The notes: generated by a model from the sequence alone, not told the origin. A stretch of DNA of 64,000 bases from Myxococcota bacterium (GCA_963674735.2 CAXXQS010000002.1:1088001-1152000), one strand, 5' to 3'. Numbered from the stretch's first letter, positions 8,723-18,501 are shown. Program-made: numbers and translations.

Positions 8723-11700
8723 TTAGAAAGCGAATTCATAAGCCGGTTCGGTGGTGTCGAGCCGGGCATTCGTATCCGCAAGGTAAACAAACGCCGCCAA
8801 TCGACTCAAAGCGGGATCGTGATCGCCATAAGCGGCCGGAATCAGAATATCGCCCGGTTGTGGCAATAGGGTCGGAAGCACATCCAAGCTGAGCGTAAAG
8901 CACCCGGTTGTCTCCCAAGCAGCCACGTCAACTCCCCCGGGCACAATCACCAATTGCTCGGAAACGACCCAGCTTCCGGCCGCCAATGAAGGCGCGTATT
9001 TGATACGCAGTTGTTCGTTCGCCGCATAAACCTGTTCAGGATGGAGATCGCTCGGCCAATAGCGATCAGCCGTTAGCGTAAGTGTACGGCTGGCGGTTTC
9101 CCACCCGATGATTTCGGCGGCCGGAGCGAAACCGCCATAGCGCCCTTGACCGCGCTCCAACGCTCCCAGGCGTACTCGTTCTCCCTCCAAGTCGCGTTCG
9201 ATTTCCACCACGTCGTACATGCATTTTTCAATGCCCCGGTCCCCCGCACCGCCACATACCAAAGGACTGCTCAACTCGATACGTGACAACAACTCCAGAC
9301 CTTCCGCCACCGAAGGCAACAAGATCAAATCGGTTTGCGTCAAAAAGCGATTGTAGCGGCGCAGAAATCCCCAAGCCATATTGTACAGCCAGCTTTCACC
9401 GGCGGCATCCGCCGTCAGCCGCCCGCTCCGTAAGGCGCGAGATTCCAAGGTGAGGGTATGATCGTGAGCGCTCCCGATAGGCAAACCGGTCTCATCGCTG
9501 ACAATAACGCATGTATCGAATCGCTCGTCCACCGGACTGTAGTCGAGTGTGGCTTCCACCCGATCGATACGCAAATCCTCGCGCCAGGTCAGGTGCGGCG
9601 GATCAAGCAGCACGGTATGATCCACTTCCGCGTCGGAGGTTTCGTGGGCCAGCCGCGGACGAAAGCGGCCGAGTTTGAGGCGTCCGGTAGAATCACTGAC
9701 CAAATAGACACCGAGTGAGCGGCAGATATCGGCCGCGACATCGCGATAAATTTCATCGGGTAGGATCATGCGCCGAAACGAGTGGTCGTAGTTCACGCTT
9801 AAACCAGCCAAGGTGTCCGCAAAGCTGGCGGTGTCCACCAAGCCGGGAGGAAGACGAAGGCCGTGGCGCGACAAAGGCCGATCCGCATCGAGAAGATCCA
9901 GCAGGAATTCTTCCGGAGTGCTCGGAATGATCAACGGCTCCCCGTTGCCCGGATTGATGATTCGATCGGAGCACCACCATTCCTGTACGGTGCTCCCGGC
10001 CGCGTGCGAGACCGGACGCGTACCGTAAAGACCCCGCAGACAATCGACCAAGCACGGCCACTCGATCATTGAAACCGTCGCGCCGGGTGCGTGGACCGCC
10101 GCTTCGCTGCCCCAGGCTCCGCGATAACAATCGAGCAGCAGATTCGAATTCGCGGGGCGACTTCCATAAACAATCACCTCTTCCTCGATTTGAATCCATC
10201 CGCCGCTCTCGGGAAAACCGTCGGGAATCGCCAGGCGCAAAACGGTGCTATCCACTCCAACGGCAAAGGCCAAAACGGTTTCAGGGGCGGTGTCATCCAA
10301 TCCTTGAATCGAGGTATAAGCCACCAGCTCATCATCGATCGATACGAGTTGACCGGATTCGAAATAACGCAAATCGGGTTCCAGCGACGAAGGCGAAGCC
10401 AGGTAGATGCGAGTATTGTACGATCCGACACCACCCGCCAAGACGTGTTTAGCCGCCACTTCCACCCATGACAGTTCCAAGCCGGGCGAGCTGGTCGCAC
10501 CGGCCGGGTTCTGATAGATCTCCCCGGTTTCCCCTTCGAAACCAAGGGTGCCCAAGATGGAATCGTGGTCGCTCGAAACCGGTGCTTGATCGACCAACTG
10601 CAGCATATAATCGACCCGAAAACGCAGATGCAAACGCCCATCGGCGTCGATATCGAAATCGCCCGCCACTCCCGGCACAACCCTATCGATGGCCAATTTC
10701 AAGGCCGTGGCGAGATTGCGCGGATGTCCCAGCGATCGGGCATCGGCCAGATACGGTCCCGGAGCCAATCGTGCCGTGATCGTCTCCCACCCCAACGACG
10801 GATGAACGGAGCGACGCAGGTAGAGAGTGTCGTTGCCACGGCGGCCGGCTTGGGTTTTCTCGGCCTGGATCATGACCTGGTCGATCAGGCGGCCGCTTCC
10901 CATTTGCGTGCCCACCCGATTGTCCAGGTTCCCCAGCGGGTCGGTCAAACTCAGGCTGAATCCGGCCAGGTTGTCGGCGGCGGGTGACAAGCTGTCGATG
11001 ATCCCGGCAAACAACACCGGATCATCAGGCCGACGGGTGGAACCGGTGGGACGGCGCAGCCAGGCAAATCGACCGCGCCAGTAGGGATTGGCCGCCATGA
11101 CAGCTTCCCCGGCCAAGTGTTCGTTTGCGCGGGTACGGTGTGCACCACGGGTGATTCCCGTCAACAAGGCCGCTCCCGCTTTTGTTTCGTAAACGACCGC
11201 TTCCTGACCGATATAGGCTACACCGCTTTCGGGAAACCCATCCGCATTTTCCAAGACGATGACGGCATCATCCTTATCGATCGCAACGGTCAGGCTCGTG
11301 CGGGTTTCTTCGGCATGCCGAGGATTGAAAGCCGCCGTCAGATCGCCATCCAGATCGACCAGCCGAATGTCCATGCCACCCGAGACCGCCACTCCGGTCG
11401 CCATGTCGAGCGTTTGCGACAAGCTGGCCGGCAGACGCGACTGATCGATGTAAGCGGCCGGAATGACATTCATCCCGTTTAGATGCAGGCCTTCGATTTC
11501 GAGGTAGAACGGATCCTGGTCTTTCGCATCCAGACGAAACACCACCACCGCGTAATCGGGATCCACCGCCGCATGTGTCGTGCGCAGACGATAGGTTCCG
11601 GAAAGCGCGGTCAATCCGAAACACAGGCTTTCAACGACATCATCGATCAGGCTGGCGGTAATCGTGAGCAAACGTTCGTTTTGCGCAGCAGGAACGAAAC

Positions 11701-11839
11701 CGAGCAGACCCTCGTCACGTTCGAGGATCCAGGTGGCGGGGTCGAAAAGCGGATCGGGAACCGACTGAGGCGGACTCAAACACGCCGATATGCGATTCGG
11801 TCCGATCCGGTCTCCTAAACGTTGCAAGCGGATGGACAT
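8723..11839 (-). CDS. Large baseplate hub / central tail protein (~1038 aa)
   Basis: Largest gene, after distal-tail genes; hub-like LFAGIID and G.YLVSDSTGRLKL segments; repeated RG..GT....H..G..V modules; start set at ATG 11839. Confidence 0.7.
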   Translation of the reverse strand: MSIRLQRLGDRIGPNRISACLSPPQSVPDPLFDPATWILERDEGLLGFVPAAQNERLLTITASLIDDVVESLCFGLTALSGTYRLRTTHAAVDPDYAVVVFRLDAKDQDPFYLEIEGLHLNGMNVIPAAYIDQSRLPASLSQTLDMATGVAVSGGMDIRLVDLDGDLTAAFNPRHAEETRTSLTVAIDKDDAVIVLENADGFPESGVAYIGQEAVVYETKAGAALLTGITRGAHRTRANEHLAGEAVMAANPYWRGRFAWLRRPTGSTRRPDDPVLFAGIIDSLSPAADNLAGFSLSLTDPLGNLDNRVGTQMGSGRLIDQVMIQAEKTQAGRRGNDTLYLRRSVHPSLGWETITARLAPGPYLADARSLGHPRNLATALKLAIDRVVPGVAGDFDIDADGRLHLRFRVDYMLQLVDQAPVSSDHDSILGTLGFEGETGEIYQNPAGATSSPGLELSWVEVAAKHVLAGGVGSYNTRIYLASPSSLEPDLRYFESGQLVSIDDELVAYTSIQGLDDTAPETVLAFAVGVDSTVLRLAIPDGFPESGGWIQIEEEVIVYGSRPANSNLLLDCYRGAWGSEAAVHAPGATVSMIEWPCLVDCLRGLYGTRPVSHAAGSTVQEWWCSDRIINPGNGEPLIIPSTPEEFLLDLLDADRPLSRHGLRLPPGLVDTASFADTLAGLSVNYDHSFRRMILPDEIYRDVAADICRSLGVYLVSDSTGRLKLGRFRPRLAHETSDAEVDHTVLLDPPHLTWREDLRIDRVEATLDYSPVDERFDTCVIVSDETGLPIGSAHDHTLTLESRALRSGRLTADAAGESWLYNMAWGFLRRYNRFLTQTDLILLPSVAEGLELLSRIELSSPLVCGGAGDRGIEKCMYDVVEIERDLEGERVRLGALERGQGRYGGFAPAAEIIGWETASRTLTLTADRYWPSDLHPEQVYAANEQLRIKYAPSLAAGSWVVSEQLVIVPGGVDVAAWETTGCFTLSLDVLPTLLPQPGDILIPAAYGDHDPALSRLAAFVYLADTNARLDTTEPAYEFAF

Positions 11840-11852
11840 GATTTTTCTTCCT

Positions 11853-12569
11853 TCACTGTTGGTCGAACAGAAGATCGGCATCGTAGCGAGCGGGCCGAGG
11901 CGCCGGCCAGGTTCGGCTGGGAGACCATTCACTTTGGCCCGTGAGGTCGGGCCGCAAAACCGTCCAGCGCTGCCGCATGGGAGCCTCCAAGCACGCATCG
12001 AAAGCCGCGTCCCACAACAAAGGCGTCTCATTTTGCGCGGCGTCCAACCAGAGTTGCTTGAGCCGTTCGGTTTGCGCCACATCGAGCGCGGTGAACCGCA
12101 GCTGCCGCGGGTACCGTGTACTCAGGCTCCGCCCGTCCGTTCGGCCGCTCAACGACGTCGCCACCGCACTCGCAACAACGGTCGCCGGGCCACTGTCGTC
12201 CCGCAGGCCTTCGACAACAAAGCAGCCGGAAGGAGACAGTGGCGATGTCCAGGACGAACCGGGTGGCGAGTAGGTTTGTGCTTGAAAACCGAGCCAGGCG
12301 TGGCATCCCTCCTCGGGAAATTCGAGTTCGAACGGCAACGAATGGGAGAGCGTGACTCGACATCCGGCGGCATTGTCGGCACGCGACAAACGCAGCTCGA
12401 ACCCGGTGGGGGCCAGCGCCTCGGCGAGGGCCGCCAAAAACAGCGGCCAGGCATCGAACGACGCGACGGCAAGAGATACGGAAGTCCACTCGCTTTCGCC
12501 GTCGAACCGTCGGCGCAATATCGTACTAGGGCGCGCAAGCGTAATCGGGGTATACAAGGCTACCGGCAT
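11853..12569 (-). CDS. Putative distal tail protein B
   Basis: TGATG overlap with upstream gene; similar size and layout to upstream gene (LGF...R.LRF). Confidence 0.55.
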   Translation of the reverse strand: MPVALYTPITLARPSTILRRRFDGESEWTSVSLAVASFDAWPLFLAALAEALAPTGFELRLSRADNAAGCRVTLSHSLPFELEFPEEGCHAWLGFQAQTYSPPGSSWTSPLSPSGCFVVEGLRDDSGPATVVASAVATSLSGRTDGRSLSTRYPRQLRFTALDVAQTERLKQLWLDAAQNETPLLWDAAFDACLEAPMRQRWTVLRPDLTGQSEWSPSRTWPAPRPARYDADLLFDQQ

Positions 12570-13282
12570 CAGTCCTCCAAAACAAACGTCAGGGTGGCGG
12601 TCCAATAAGGCGCGTATCGGCTTTTTCGTGTAAGCCAGCTGTGCTTCCCGGCCATCTGATCCGGGTCGAGGCGAGCGGATTCGTAATTCGACATGGCGTC
12701 GTAAAGACGCAGAGCACGGCCCTCCGCCGCCCGCTCGACCCAACGGCGCACATGGTCGGCTTCGCGCTGGGAAAGAAACGGAACCCGCAGCGTTCGACGG
12801 CGGGTGACGCCGCATAGAACCTGTTTCTTACGGCCATCCAGGCCGCATGCCGCCTCCGCCAATACGTGCAGCGCATCGACGTCCCGATTGACGGGTCGTT
12901 CGAACACCAGCACATTCAACGGCGTTCGCGCCGCTTGCTGCGATAAGGCAAGCGGGGGAGGATCGGTGCTCGTGAAGCCGAGTATTTCCAGCAGCGGACA
13001 CAGCCGCGCCTGTCCGTCGGCCGTCGACGGTATCCCATAGGTGAATGGGGTCGCAGCGGACAAAACCATACGGTGGTCGGAATCCAATCCGGCCGTGCCA
13101 CCCGGCAAGATGGCCGACATGGCCGTGGCCACGGCATCGGTCAAGGCATGAGCGTCGGCATACACGCCTGAAGGAATGACGAGTTCCACCTCTTCGGATG
13201 TCCCCCAGCACAGCCTCAGCACGCATTCGCTGTAGTTCACCCCGGTCGCCAACGTCAGTTCATGATGAAAAGCGCCCATCAA
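12569..13282 (-). CDS. Putative distal tail protein A
   Basis: Directly after tape measure; IPSGVY, ILGF, C-terminal W.ATLTFVLE. Confidence 0.55.
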   Translation of the reverse strand: MMGAFHHELTLATGVNYSECVLRLCWGTSEEVELVIPSGVYADAHALTDAVATAMSAILPGGTAGLDSDHRMVLSAATPFTYGIPSTADGQARLCPLLEILGFTSTDPPPLALSQQAARTPLNVLVFERPVNRDVDALHVLAEAACGLDGRKKQVLCGVTRRRTLRVPFLSQREADHVRRWVERAAEGRALRLYDAMSNYESARLDPDQMAGKHSWLTRKSRYAPYWTATLTFVLED

Positions 13283-14001
13283 ACTGCCTCCAACGCACGC
13301 CGCCGAATGCGGGGAGCCGTACGCCCGGCGTGGTCGTTAAGAGCCTTGGCGGTCAAGCGGGCCAACCCGCGCTCATCATAGAAGCCGCCTTCGAAATGGT
13401 AGTAGTACACCACCTGGCCCGCATCGCCATTCCCCTCGGCGGGCATGGGTGACAGGCTGCTCGACCCGGTTCCCGCGCCTCCACCCAACGGCAGCGATCC
13501 GGCCGTACCCGCTCCGGAGCCCAGCGAGCCGCCCGAGCTTTTCAGTTCGGATGCAAAGGCTTTCACCACCCCGCCCAATGCAATGAGCGCCAATCCGCCC
13601 GCGAACAGCGCCACCGGGTTTCCGGAAAAGAGCGCCGTCAACACCTGGGAGGCCGCCACCGCCACCGAACCGAGCATGACGGCAAACTGGCCCAGCAAAT
13701 CGAGAAAACCGGCGAAGAAGTTCTTTCCCGAAAATTCGGCTCCGCTGATCAGCGTGCCGACCATGAAACCGACCATTTCCGCCGTCTGCATCACCATGCG
13801 TTCCAGGGCACGCGTCATAACGGCGGTCGCCTGCTGCTGGGCACGGGTTTGCGCTTTGATGAGGGTTTGAATGTGGCGCGTGGTTTCGCTGTAGAGTTGC
13901 CGAACACGCTGATGGTAGCGCGACTCCTCGGCCAGTCTGCGGTTGGTCGATGGTGTCGCCGACACACTCACCTGTTTGTTGGTTTGATGGATGGTAAACA
14001 T
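13279..14001 (-). CDS. Miniature tape measure protein (240 aa)
   Basis: After tail chaperones; coiled-coil N-terminus, Ala/Gly-rich hydrophobic helices, Gly-rich linker; GAGGAG RBS. Confidence 0.65.
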   Translation of the reverse strand: MFTIHQTNKQVSVSATPSTNRRLAEESRYHQRVRQLYSETTRHIQTLIKAQTRAQQQATAVMTRALERMVMQTAEMVGFMVGTLISGAEFSGKNFFAGFLDLLGQFAVMLGSVAVAASQVLTALFSGNPVALFAGGLALIALGGVVKAFASELKSSGGSLGSGAGTAGSLPLGGGAGTGSSSLSPMPAEGNGDAGQVVYYYHFEGGFYDERGLARLTAKALNDHAGRTAPRIRRRALEAV

Positions 14002-14017
14002 CCTTTTCTCCTCTTGC

Positions 14018-14410
14018 TTATAAGTCTCGGTCGCGATCGTGATTCAGATGCGCGGCGGCTTCGTCCTGACGGCGTTTGTGCCGCCTGCGTGTTTCAGCCA
14101 TGAGCCGCTCGATAACCGCCATTGTTTCCGTAAACAGATTGGGCTGGTCGAGCCAGCCACCGGGCTCCGGCAATATCCCTCGTTCGATCCGCGCCGCCCA
14201 GGCGAACGGATCGCCCAGAGGTAACGTTCCGATTTGAAGCACGTAGCGGGGACAGCCGGTCACGGCCAGGGGCGTTCCGTCGAGATCGTCGAATTGCGCC
14301 GGACCGATCGCGGGATCATTGCAACGCCCACCGAATGGGCAAGCCGAGCAATCGAGGCGTTCGTCCTCGCGCTCCACGTCGTCCAAACGATAGGCGATGA
14401 TCAGTTTTTT
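14018..14410 (-). CDS. Tail assembly chaperone, -1 frameshift extension (gpT-like)
   Basis: Open in -1 frame from slippery site, no own RBS; CxxC..C..GCP and G.LP..GGWLDQP motifs. Confidence 0.7.
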   Translation of the reverse strand, partial: KKLIIAYRLDDVEREDERLDCSACPFGGRCNDPAIGPAQFDDLDGTPLAVTGCPRYVLQIGTLPLGDPFAWAARIERGILPEPGGWLDQPNLFTETMAVIERLMAETRRRHKRRQDEAAAHLNHDRDRDL

Positions 14411-14865
14411 CTTTGCCCCTCGCCCAGCCGCGCGCGCGCCAGAATCACCGCCCCGATTTCCACCACCACTTCAACCGGTAAAGGTGACGTGTCGAGCCAG
14501 GACTCTTTGATCACGGGAGGATTTCCACGTTGCACGTGCCGCGCCGGATCGAAGCCGGACAAATTGCGGATGTCAGCGACGCCGTAGCGAAAAGCCATGA
14601 GCGCCGCTTCGTGAACCGCCACATCCACTTCGCCCTGCGGCGTGCCGTGCATCATCACATCCAGAAGTCGAGCAACCAGCCGATGTGAAAGAGGACGGCA
14701 AACGAATTGCGTCGGCTGCTGGCCCGCGTGAAAGACCAACCGGGTCGGGTTGTAGGAATAGTCGCGCTCGTAGGATTCCATGTCGCTACGCTCGCGGTCG
14801 ATGGCCGGATCGTGTACGGAAACCAAGGTGAATTCGGTCAGGCCGGTTTGGGGAATGAACGCCAT
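14401..14865 (-). CDS. Tail assembly chaperone (gpG-like)
   Basis: Between tail tube and TMP; ends ..AGA AAA AAC TGA; AAGGAG RBS. Confidence 0.7.
   Translation of the reverse strand: MAFIPQTGLTEFTLVSVHDPAIDRERSDMESYERDYSYNPTRLVFHAGQQPTQFVCRPLSHRLVARLLDVMMHGTPQGEVDVAVHEAALMAFRYGVADIRNLSGFDPARHVQRGNPPVIKESWLDTSPLPVEVVVEIGAVILARARLGEGQRKN
14404..14410 (-). other. Programmed -1 frameshift slippery heptamer A_AAA_AAC
   Basis: X_XXY_YYZ in phase just before the stop; -1 frame continues KKLIIAYRLDDVER to 14018. Confidence 0.75.
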
Positions 14866-14907
14866 GATCGCTCCTTATATTGGGGTTGTGTTTCCGAGTC
14901 GGGGGGA

Positions 14908-16152
14908 TCAACTTTCCGGGGCCTCAACAGGCGTCCCGGCAAAAGCCCAGGTCCAATCGGGAATCCCCGGTAATCCACTCGGTAAAACCACAAACGCCAG
15001 TTCCATCGCCAAGAGGCCGTTGATGGTCGTTTCCTTGACGGCGGTCAGTTCGCACACCGGCGCATGAAAACCCACCCCGTCCGCGGGGCCGCCGACCACC
15101 CAAGAGAAATCGACCCTTTCGCCTCCGCTCAGTGTTTCGGTGTAGGCCGGATCCCAGTAGACCACCGCTTTGCCACCCGTGGCGATGCGCGTCAGGGCGA
15201 AGCCCGCGCGTCCGTTGGCGGCGTTACCGTCGGGAATGGCTTCCCACTGGTTACCTAGATCGAGCGACAAACTCTGATAGGCCAGACGCTGTCCGTTCAG
15301 GCGAAATTCCGCATTCAGGGTTTTGAGATCCGCCGGTTTGACGGGCCAGCTTCCCGCTCCGGCCGAATGGCTGATCACCGGGGTGCCGGCCGCGATTTCG
15401 TAGCTGTCGCCCTGCAGCGCAAACGCAATCATGAGACGTTTGCCCGCCTGAGCGTCGTCGATCTTGGCCGTCCCGTACATGCCGGTGTAACGCCAGACCG
15501 GCGCCGACTCTCCGATGGCGATGCCGCTCACTTCCAAACAGGCGCTTTGCTGACCGGTCGCACCGGGCATGGCTTGGACGGCCGCATAAAGTTGGCCGGT
15601 CGCAGCAGGTGCAGTGGATAAGTTCCAGGCCGCGCCGCCCTTCCAGGGTCCGGCCAAGGTGACGGCATGGCTCGTATCATCCAAGGCCGCGATCCAACGC
15701 GCTTCGAAATTCCCGGAGCCCAGCGGATCGACAAACACCAGCCCACCGGGAGTGAAACACTCGGACGGGACGCCGTCGAGAATCACGGAGTCCAAACCGC
15801 CCCCCGTAACGGCCGCGCCCGTATCGGCGTGCCGTGCAGCGCAACAAGTAGCCAGTAGCGAAGCCAACTCGGGATTGAGCCGCGCTTCGATATCCGGTCC
15901 CGCCGCGTACCCGCCTCCGCGAGCCGGTAGCGACAGCTTGACTTCGCAGGATTTGGCTCCGGGTAATCCCGGCGAATTACCCAGATCGGCGCGGATATAA
16001 TCACGTTCGAGGCGTTCCGTTTTTCCCACCTGTGAAAAACCCTCGGTATCGGGGCGAATTTCACCATGGTCGGCGGGGTCGGCGTTGAAAACGCCGTATG
16101 CCGTCTCGGAAGCGGCGAACAATCTATAACGTTGCGCGATGTAGCGTGACAT
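14908..16152 (-). CDS. Major tail tube protein with inserted domain
   Basis: E..YG N-terminus, ERLERDYIR...PG.K motif, LSLDLGN; position between terminator and chaperones. Confidence 0.7.
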   Translation of the reverse strand: MSRYIAQRYRLFAASETAYGVFNADPADHGEIRPDTEGFSQVGKTERLERDYIRADLGNSPGLPGAKSCEVKLSLPARGGGYAAGPDIEARLNPELASLLATCCAARHADTGAAVTGGGLDSVILDGVPSECFTPGGLVFVDPLGSGNFEARWIAALDDTSHAVTLAGPWKGGAAWNLSTAPAATGQLYAAVQAMPGATGQQSACLEVSGIAIGESAPVWRYTGMYGTAKIDDAQAGKRLMIAFALQGDSYEIAAGTPVISHSAGAGSWPVKPADLKTLNAEFRLNGQRLAYQSLSLDLGNQWEAIPDGNAANGRAGFALTRIATGGKAVVYWDPAYTETLSGGERVDFSWVVGGPADGVGFHAPVCELTAVKETTINGLLAMELAFVVLPSGLPGIPDWTWAFAGTPVEAPES

Positions 16153-16178
16153 CGGTCCTCCTCTATAATGAGCCGCAC

Positions 16179-16634
16179 TTAAGCGGTGGGTTCGTCCACG
16201 ATCAACGTGAAACGATGATCGAACCGCAACCGTTCGTCATCCAACGGCAGCAGGCTGCTTTGTTCGTAGGCTAAAAAACGCGCGTTCGTTTCAGCCGAAC
16301 GGGCCTCGGCTTCGAACAGGTTCCGTATCTGCTTCGTTTCGGCGGCGAAGTAGGTATCCGCGAGTTCGGCACGATGACGCAAAGGATATAAAACCGCCAG
16401 TTCGAGAACGGCGGATTGGCTTGTCCAATCGAGTCCGGCCACATCCTCCGGGCCGATCTCGTTGAGGCGCAATGCGAAACGACGCCAGGCTTTTTCGTCA
16501 CGCTCGCGATCCAAATCGCGCCAGGCGGCGCGCCGATAGCGATCCGTGAACGGCGCCCGGTCGACATGCGCGAAGGGTGTAACCGATTCGAGCAAGGTCA
16601 CGAAGCGTTCGACTTGATTCGCGAGACGCGTCAT
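16179..16634 (-). CDS. Putative tail terminator/completion protein
   Basis: 151 aa, immediately before tube gene; ATGA coupling. Confidence 0.55.
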   Translation of the reverse strand: MTRLANQVERFVTLLESVTPFAHVDRAPFTDRYRRAAWRDLDRERDEKAWRRFALRLNEIGPEDVAGLDWTSQSAVLELAVLYPLRHRAELADTYFAAETKQIRNLFEAEARSAETNARFLAYEQSSLLPLDDERLRFDHRFTLIVDEPTA

Positions 16635-17335
16635 GGCGACAACCTCGCGCCGCTATGGTTGGCGCATACCTGGGTTTGAGAATATTGCGCATCCGGGCGC
16701 AGCCTCAGCGCGGCCAGGAAACGACTCAAGCTGCGGGCATAACGCCGCCGCCAGATGTGATATTTTTCCATCCGGTCGCCATCGCCATCGCCGGAGGCAC
16801 GCAGATACCACAAGCTTAGGGTCAAAAGCCGATGCAGGCGATCGAGCGCGGCCTTGTCCGCCACCCACCCCGGAGCCAATCCGCGTGCGCGCAACGCCAA
16901 ACGGATCTGTTCCTCCGCTTCGCCCATCACGCTTAAAACGACGCCCTCCCGTTCGGCGCGGTCGAAAGCAAGCGACGGTGCCAGGGCCGCCAGATCGGCA
17001 AGGGTGGAGGCGGGTCGCCAGGGATCGGCCACGAGGTCGACATACACCAGCCGATGGTGGGTATGACCGGCGTTGGTGAAGCTGATATCGAAACGGTAGT
17101 TGGCCGCCGCCTTCCAGATCCGGTCGTCTCGGGTATCGAGGTCGAGCTCGAATCGCAGGGCCGCCGCGTTCCAATTCATCGCCGCTTCGAAAAGCACCGG
17201 GTTCGACCCCGCGGGAGGAAAGACGTTCAGTAGCGCCGTCGGTGTTCCGTCGAGTTCATTCCCCGCAAGACCGGGGCGATAGTCGAAGCGTTCGGCCTCC
17301 ACACCCAGGCGACATTCATCGCTGTAATGAAGCAT
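16631..17335 (-). CDS. Putative head-tail adaptor with N-terminal beta domain
   Basis: Helical C-terminal half (STLADL..EAEEQI..LSLWY..RRY) typical of adaptors; synteny. Confidence 0.55.
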   Translation of the reverse strand: MLHYSDECRLGVEAERFDYRPGLAGNELDGTPTALLNVFPPAGSNPVLFEAAMNWNAAALRFELDLDTRDDRIWKAAANYRFDISFTNAGHTHHRLVYVDLVADPWRPASTLADLAALAPSLAFDRAEREGVVLSVMGEAEEQIRLALRARGLAPGWVADKAALDRLHRLLTLSLWYLRASGDGDGDRMEKYHIWRRRYARSLSRFLAALRLRPDAQYSQTQVCANHSGARLSP

Positions 17336-17380
17336 ATCGAATTCCTTTCTTTCCGGCTTCGGGCCGGACCCGGTACGGAC

Positions 17381-17794
17381 TTACTCCACGAATTCGAGGG
17401 TCAAGCGGCTGGAGCAGTCCAGCATGTGAGACGATCCGGTCGGACCGGCCAGAATCATGAACGTACCGGGTTCGTTGGCCGTAACCTGTAAATCGAAGGC
17501 TCCGGCGCTGTCGGTGAGAACCACCAGGTCGCTCGTTTCATCGTTCACCATCACCATTCCTTGACCCAGTTCCGTATTCGTCAGAGTCGGACCCGGCGGA
17601 TTGCTGAAAACGTTGATGGCGACAACGTCCTCGAACGGGGCACCAGTCAGATCGGTGACTTGCAAACGTACGGTCTTAACCGCGTTCGTTACGGGTAGCG
17701 GCTCGGCCCAGGTAACCACGCCGAAGCGGTGAAGCAATTCCGGCGACAGGTCGGCGGGCGCAATTTTGTGGGGGGGATATTGTTGCAGATTCAT
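17381..17794 (-). CDS. Ig-like virion decoration protein
   Basis: VRLQVTDLTGAP..TDSAGAF.L.VTANEPGT resembles a Big-1 Ig domain. Confidence 0.5.
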   Translation of the reverse strand: MNLQQYPPHKIAPADLSPELLHRFGVVTWAEPLPVTNAVKTVRLQVTDLTGAPFEDVVAINVFSNPPGPTLTNTELGQGMVMVNDETSDLVVLTDSAGAFDLQVTANEPGTFMILAGPTGSSHMLDCSSRLTLEFVE

Positions 17795-17797
17795 CGT

Positions 17798-18076
17798 CTA
17801 TCTCCAACTCAAAAGGGCCGCCACCGAACCGCCGTCGAGGTCACTGGCCACGGCGCGCAGTTCATGCCAGCCGAAATTGTCGAGGTTGAGTTCCCCGGAA
17901 ACGGTGAACGTCGCCAACGCGCGCCAGGAGCCATCGACCAAACGACCTTGGACTTGGCACGTGGCCGTTCCGGAGAGCGTCGCCACGACCAGCAGGCGGT
18001 CGAGGTGCGCCACGCCCACCGCATCACCGGTGGCGTCGACGGTGGTTTCGAGCAGGGTGTGGGTGTGATAACCCAT
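17798..18076 (-). CDS. Small beta-sandwich head protein (second cement-like)
   Basis: 92 aa from ATG 18076 with AAGGAGG RBS; VQGRLVDGSW motif echoes upstream gene. Confidence 0.55.
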   Translation of the reverse strand: MGYHTHTLLETTVDATGDAVGVAHLDRLLVVATLSGTATCQVQGRLVDGSWRALATFTVSGELNLDNFGWHELRAVASDLDGGSVAALLSWR

Positions 18077-18095
18077 TTTTTCCTCCTTAAGTGAA

Positions 18096-18127
18096 ACGGC
18101 GGACCGAATCGAACTCCGGTCCGCCGT
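18096..18127 (-). terminator. Intergenic hairpin / weak terminator after capsid-cement genes
   Basis: 11-bp perfect stem ACGGCGGACCG/CGGTCCGCCGT, only a short U run. Confidence 0.45.
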
Positions 18128-18138
18128 CCGGTTCGCGC

Positions 18139-18492
18139 CTAGATCGACAACACGACGCTGTAAGTGAAAACGGGCGTGTCGCCGCCCAGGGTGGAGCGAT
18201 AGCGATAGGTACGATAGGACTGAGGCCCAACCGGTACGAATTGCCGACCGCTCGCCGTCGCTTGCGCGAAACACGCCACTTCGGTCCAGCTTTCGCCGTC
18301 GTGGGATCCGTCGATCGCAACATCCAACGTGGGCGCATCGCCCGTCGCCGCCGAGACGGACAGCCATGCCAAGGACGCTTCGGGCAGGCTGCCGATATCG
18401 TTGGCGCTGCCGTTGGTACTCGTACTTTCGGCCGTTTCAGCTTTGAGAACGAGCCGTGCGTCGAAACGTTCACGGGTCCGGGGGTCGTTCAT
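18139..18492 (-). CDS. Capsid cement/decoration protein (Bbp16/epsilon15 gp10-like jelly roll)
   Basis: Directly after MCP; TLDVAIDGSHDG..W..RTYRY pattern; GGAGGT RBS. Confidence 0.6.
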   Translation of the reverse strand: MNDPRTRERFDARLVLKAETAESTSTNGSANDIGSLPEASLAWLSVSAATGDAPTLDVAIDGSHDGESWTEVACFAQATASGRQFVPVGPQSYRTYRYRSTLGGDTPVFTYSVVLSI

Positions 18493-18501
18493 GAACACCT
18501 C

